From: Verrucomicrobia bacterium UBA6176
GTDB lineage: Bacteria > Verrucomicrobiota > Verrucomicrobiia > Limisphaerales > UBA9464
Assembly (NCBI GenBank): GCA_002422905.1
Contig: DITU01000107.1
Span: forward strand, 134,633-198,632
DNA: 64,000 nt
Reading direction: 5' to 3'
Part shown: in pieces, positions 61,133-64,000 of the stretch
Position numbering within the stretch: the stretch's first letter is position 1
How the letters are laid out: each line of letters opens with the position of its first letter
Program-made: the position numbers and the translations under genes
Notes under the pieces: model-generated
What the model saw: the letters and a program-made list of their open reading frames with translations, nothing else
Database searches by the model: none
What the model was told of the DNA's origin: nothing

Positions 61133-61993
61133 CTACTTTCCGCGGTCGATCCGGCCCTCATCCTTGGCCGCCGGACGCGGCCCGTTCAGCGACCAGTCGT
61201 AGTCGTTGAACTTCACCTTCACCGCCTTTCCCAGCAGGTATTCCCGATCCCGCTCCTCCATCCATTGGCCCACCACTTCCGACAACGGTTTGTCGCCATC
61301 CGTGAAGTCCTTCCCGAACCAGTCGAAGATCGCGCTCAGATGAAGGATTCCCGTCTCGCGATCCAACCGGTTCTTCGTCGGATCCCCCATGAAACGGCGC
61401 GCCTCCGCGTCGAGATCCGCCTCCAGCGTCGCTCCCATCCACGCCGTCGCCCTCAACGCCGGACAACTCCGCGCCGCACACACCAACGCGAAGTGGATCC
61501 GCGGCTCCGGCAGGTCCCGTCGCAGATGGATGTGTTCAATATCATCCAGGGTAAGGGTCGAACCCCAGACCCGGACCACCGCCAGTTTCCAGGGTGAGGA
61601 AAACAGTCCGCCAATCTTGCGGATGCTCGTCACCGGATGGTGATCCCGCACCAGGCGCAAAGTGGCGGCATTGTAGAGATTGATCAGGAAGGCGGTCCGA
61701 TCCTCGCGCGACCATCGGTCGAATTCAGCCCGGGAAACCGCCGCCAACCGGTCGAGGTAGGCGTCGAGCGGAGCCGGTTCCCGCACCAGGGCCGGATAAT
61801 CGACCCAACCTTGATCGACATGACGCTGCAACAGCGCCGTCCATGCCGGGTGCCGCAGGTCGAAGTCCGCATCCGCAGCCTCAACCCGGCCCGGCAACAG
61901 ACCCGTCACGACCGCCAACAACAAAAGGAACAACCCTTGGCGAAAGCCGGGGCCGGGCGCGGGTCGAACGAAGTGGCAGGGTGCGGATGTCAT
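61133..61993 (-). CDS. DUF547 domain protein with a signal peptide
   Basis: The ATG is at 61993. It has FLINLYNAATLRLV, IHFALVCAARSCPAL and a C-terminal YDWSLN, typical of DUF547. Confidence 0.8.
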   Translation of the reverse strand: MTSAPCHFVRPAPGPGFRQGLFLLLLAVVTGLLPGRVEAADADFDLRHPAWTALLQRHVDQGWVDYPALVREPAPLDAYLDRLAAVSRAEFDRWSREDRTAFLINLYNAATLRLVRDHHPVTSIRKIGGLFSSPWKLAVVRVWGSTLTLDDIEHIHLRRDLPEPRIHFALVCAARSCPALRATAWMGATLEADLDAEARRFMGDPTKNRLDRETGILHLSAIFDWFGKDFTDGDKPLSEVVGQWMEERDREYLLGKAVKVKFNDYDWSLNGPRPAAKDEGRIDRGK

Positions 61994-62036
61994 GCGTCTC
62001 GAAACCTGTTCAGCATGGGAGTCGATGGATTGTCTT

Positions 62037-63299
62037 CTATTCCCCACCCGGATTCCTGCACCGGGCATACAGGGCCTTCAGATACCGGGCTTCAGGGAAA
62101 CTGGCCGGATGATCCGGTGCATGGCCTTCAATCCCGATCTCTTCCCATGACCGGCCCGAGGCGGACAAGGTGCTTCGGACCGCACTGAAGAACTCCGATT
62201 CCGTCACGTGTGCCGAACAGGACGCCGCCAGGAGATATCCGCCGGACCGGACCCGGTCGGCGCCAAGCCGGGCGAGACGTTGATACGCCTGGATGGCTCC
62301 CGGTCGGTCAGCCTCGCGTCGGGCGAGGGAAGGGGGGTCAAGGATGACGATGTCATGGCTTTCCCCGGGCGCCTGGGCCAGCCATTCAAAGGCATCGGCC
62401 TGGATCTGGTGATGCCGCGTGGCGGCGAATCCGGGGAGGTCGATGTTCAGGCTGAAATTGCGACGGGCCGACGCCAGTGCGTGCGGACTGATGTCGAGAT
62501 CGGTCACGGAACGTGCCCCACCTCGGGCGGCGTGGACGGAGAATCCGCCGGAGAAACTGAACACGTTGAGGACATCGGCGCCCCGCGCCATGTCGGCGAT
62601 CCGACGCCGATTCTCGCGTTGATCCAGGTAGAACCCGGTCTTTTGGCCGAGGACAACATCGGCTTCGAGCCGGAGCCCGGATTCGCGGAAGAGCACGGAG
62701 GGTGCGGAGTCGGATCCGAACAGGTTCTGCCCGTCGTGAAAGCCGGCCTTGCGGGCGGCATCGGCGATGTTGCGGCTGAATCGGAGAACGATTCGGGCCG
62801 GGTTCAGCGTCTGCTGGAGCAATGGAACGAGTTGGAGACCGGGCAGGGCGGGGGTGGAGGAATCCGCCGGGACCCGCAGGCTGCCAAGCCAGGCCGGCGT
62901 GTAGAGCTTGAGCACCAGGCAATCCGCATACCGATCCAGCACCAATCCAGGCCAGCCATCGCTCTCTCCGTTGATCAGGCGGTATCCGTCCGTGTCGGCA
63001 CTGAAGTACTCGCGCCGCCGTTCCAGTGCCATTTCGAGATGCGCCTTCCACCACGCGGGATCCAGCGTGACCGGTGCGCCCCGGTGCAGGATCCGGACCG
63101 CCAGTGCCGAATCCGGATCGTAAATCCCCAACGCAAGGAATCGGTCCGAACGATCGTAGATCACCGCGAGTTCACCGGCGCGTCCGGTGCGGTTGGATTC
63201 GCGGATCTTTTCCGAATACACCCACGGATGCCCGGAACGGACTGCTGTCTCAGCCGCGGCGGTGAGTCGGAGACGAAGGCGTGGAACAGGAGTGGGCAC
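62037..63299 (-). CDS. Class I SAM-dependent RNA methyltransferase with an N-terminal PUA-like domain (RlmI-like)
   Basis: The motifs are [63 protein letters not shown] and ASCS. Confidence 0.85.
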   Translation of the reverse strand: MPTPVPRLRLRLTAAAETAVRSGHPWVYSEKIRESNRTGRAGELAVIYDRSDRFLALGIYDPDSALAVRILHRGAPVTLDPAWWKAHLEMALERRREYFSADTDGYRLINGESDGWPGLVLDRYADCLVLKLYTPAWLGSLRVPADSSTPALPGLQLVPLLQQTLNPARIVLRFSRNIADAARKAGFHDGQNLFGSDSAPSVLFRESGLRLEADVVLGQKTGFYLDQRENRRRIADMARGADVLNVFSFSGGFSVHAARGGARSVTDLDISPHALASARRNFSLNIDLPGFAATRHHQIQADAFEWLAQAPGESHDIVILDPPSLARREADRPGAIQAYQRLARLGADRVRSGGYLLAASCSAHVTESEFFSAVRSTLSASGRSWEEIGIEGHAPDHPASFPEARYLKALYARCRNPGGE

Positions 63300-63311
63300 C
63301 GGGATGAAGGT

Positions 63312-64000
63312 TCAGGACTGGAGTGACGCGAGGACTTCGGGATCGCGGACATCGACCCAGCGACCTTCGATGCGCAGGCCGGCGATGACGTGGCCGGCGT
63401 CGACCAGGGCGGAGATGGCGTCGGTGAGTTCATACTCGCCGCGGGGCGACTTCTGGAGGCGCGCGGTGAAGTCGAAGAGCAGGGGTTTGAAGAGATAGAT
63501 CCCGGCGTTGTACCAGGCGGGTTGACCGGGCTTGAGCCAGCCCTGGGCACGCAGTTCGGCGAGTTGTTCAGACGACGGCTTTTCCACCAGTCGCGTCAGT
63601 TCGAATCGGTCGTTGAAGAAATTGAGTCCACCCTTCGATACATCCTCGCCCGCCGTGACCGTCAGCAATCCGGCGTACCCACCTTCCTTCCATCGGTCCA
63701 GCATGTGGCCATAGGTCTCGGGTCGCACCAGGATGTCCCCGTAGGTCAGCAGGAAATCGTCCGTACCCACGAAATCCCGCGCGACCTCCGGCGCCTTGCC
63801 TGTCCCGTCCTGGACAACCTGCCGCCGATACTCGATCCGGGCCGACCAGGCTGAACCGTCGGTGAAATGGTCCTCGACCACTTCCGCATGCCAACCCGTG
63901 ACAATGCAGATGTCGGGGATGCCATGGGCGACGAGGCCCTGGACGATGTGTTCGAGGATGGGACGTCCCTGGACCCGGAGCATGGGTTTGGGGAGTTCCT
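63312..64000 (-). CDS. Sugar-phosphate nucleotidyltransferase (NTP_transferase family); its 5' end lies beyond the window
   Basis: The frame stays open upstream of the track Met (..[19 protein letters not shown]), which is the LPKPML motif that sits about 20 aa into such enzymes. It also has YGDILV and a C-terminal [10 protein letters not shown]. Confidence 0.8.
   Translation of the reverse strand, partial: ELPKPMLRVQGRPILEHIVQGLVAHGIPDICIVTGWHAEVVEDHFTDGSAWSARIEYRRQVVQDGTGKAPEVARDFVGTDDFLLTYGDILVRPETYGHMLDRWKEGGYAGLLTVTAGEDVSKGGLNFFNDRFELTRLVEKPSSEQLAELRAQGWLKPGQPAWYNAGIYLFKPLLFDFTARLQKSPRGEYELTDAISALVDAGHVIAGLRIEGRWVDVRDPEVLASLQS

Overview
This is a high-GC chromosomal segment. The gene content, including two prepilin-type proteins with an N-terminal [30 protein letters not shown] signature and a multi-kb adhesin-like ORF ending in a YYRV tail, points to the PVC superphylum, most likely Verrucomicrobiota (inference only). 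Note that the first M in the supplied ORF track is sometimes a GTG or TTG codon, and many track ORFs are antisense artefacts of high GC; I re-derived starts from the sequence. Layout: (1) 1-9079, minus strand: a tightly coupled nine-gene operon running H-NOX, HNOBA-PAS, soluble hybrid histidine kinase-Hpt, GT4, uridine-kinase-like P-loop protein, two phosphoglycosyl-transferase-like genes, a STAS protein and an RsbW-like kinase. (2) 9612-17384, minus strand: an EPS export and assembly operon with a Wza-like OPX, a PCP-pseudokinase-OPX fusion, an ExeA-like ATPase, a GT4, and a GT26 fused to two STAS domains. A Wzy/O-antigen-ligase-like gene lies divergent to it. (3) Housekeeping genes glyQS, an AI-2E transporter and DAHP synthase. 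(4) Two tandem copies of a roughly 350-nt palindromic repeat element, then a roughly 4620-aa secreted multidomain protein at 25360-39219. (5) A pseudopilin-like gene plus a lipoprotein gene, ispH, and an HTH/membrane gene pair. (6) A GH84, GNAT and orphan PTS-EIIC cluster. (7) Another repeat copy, tRNA-Leu(CAG), purF, then a small accessory islet (CxxC/SUKH-like protein, an A/T-richer membrane protein, vapBC) interspersed with more repeat copies. (8) larC, larB, an M16 peptidase, mutY, an AP-superfamily protein, a YbbA/YbbP-like ABC pair, DUF547, an RlmI-like methyltransferase and a partial nucleotidyltransferase. The most interesting candidate is an NO-sensor, phosphorelay and STAS partner-switch circuit hard-wired to exopolysaccharide genes, including a glycosyltransferase that itself carries STAS domains. 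All functional calls come from my own reading of motifs; no database search was run.
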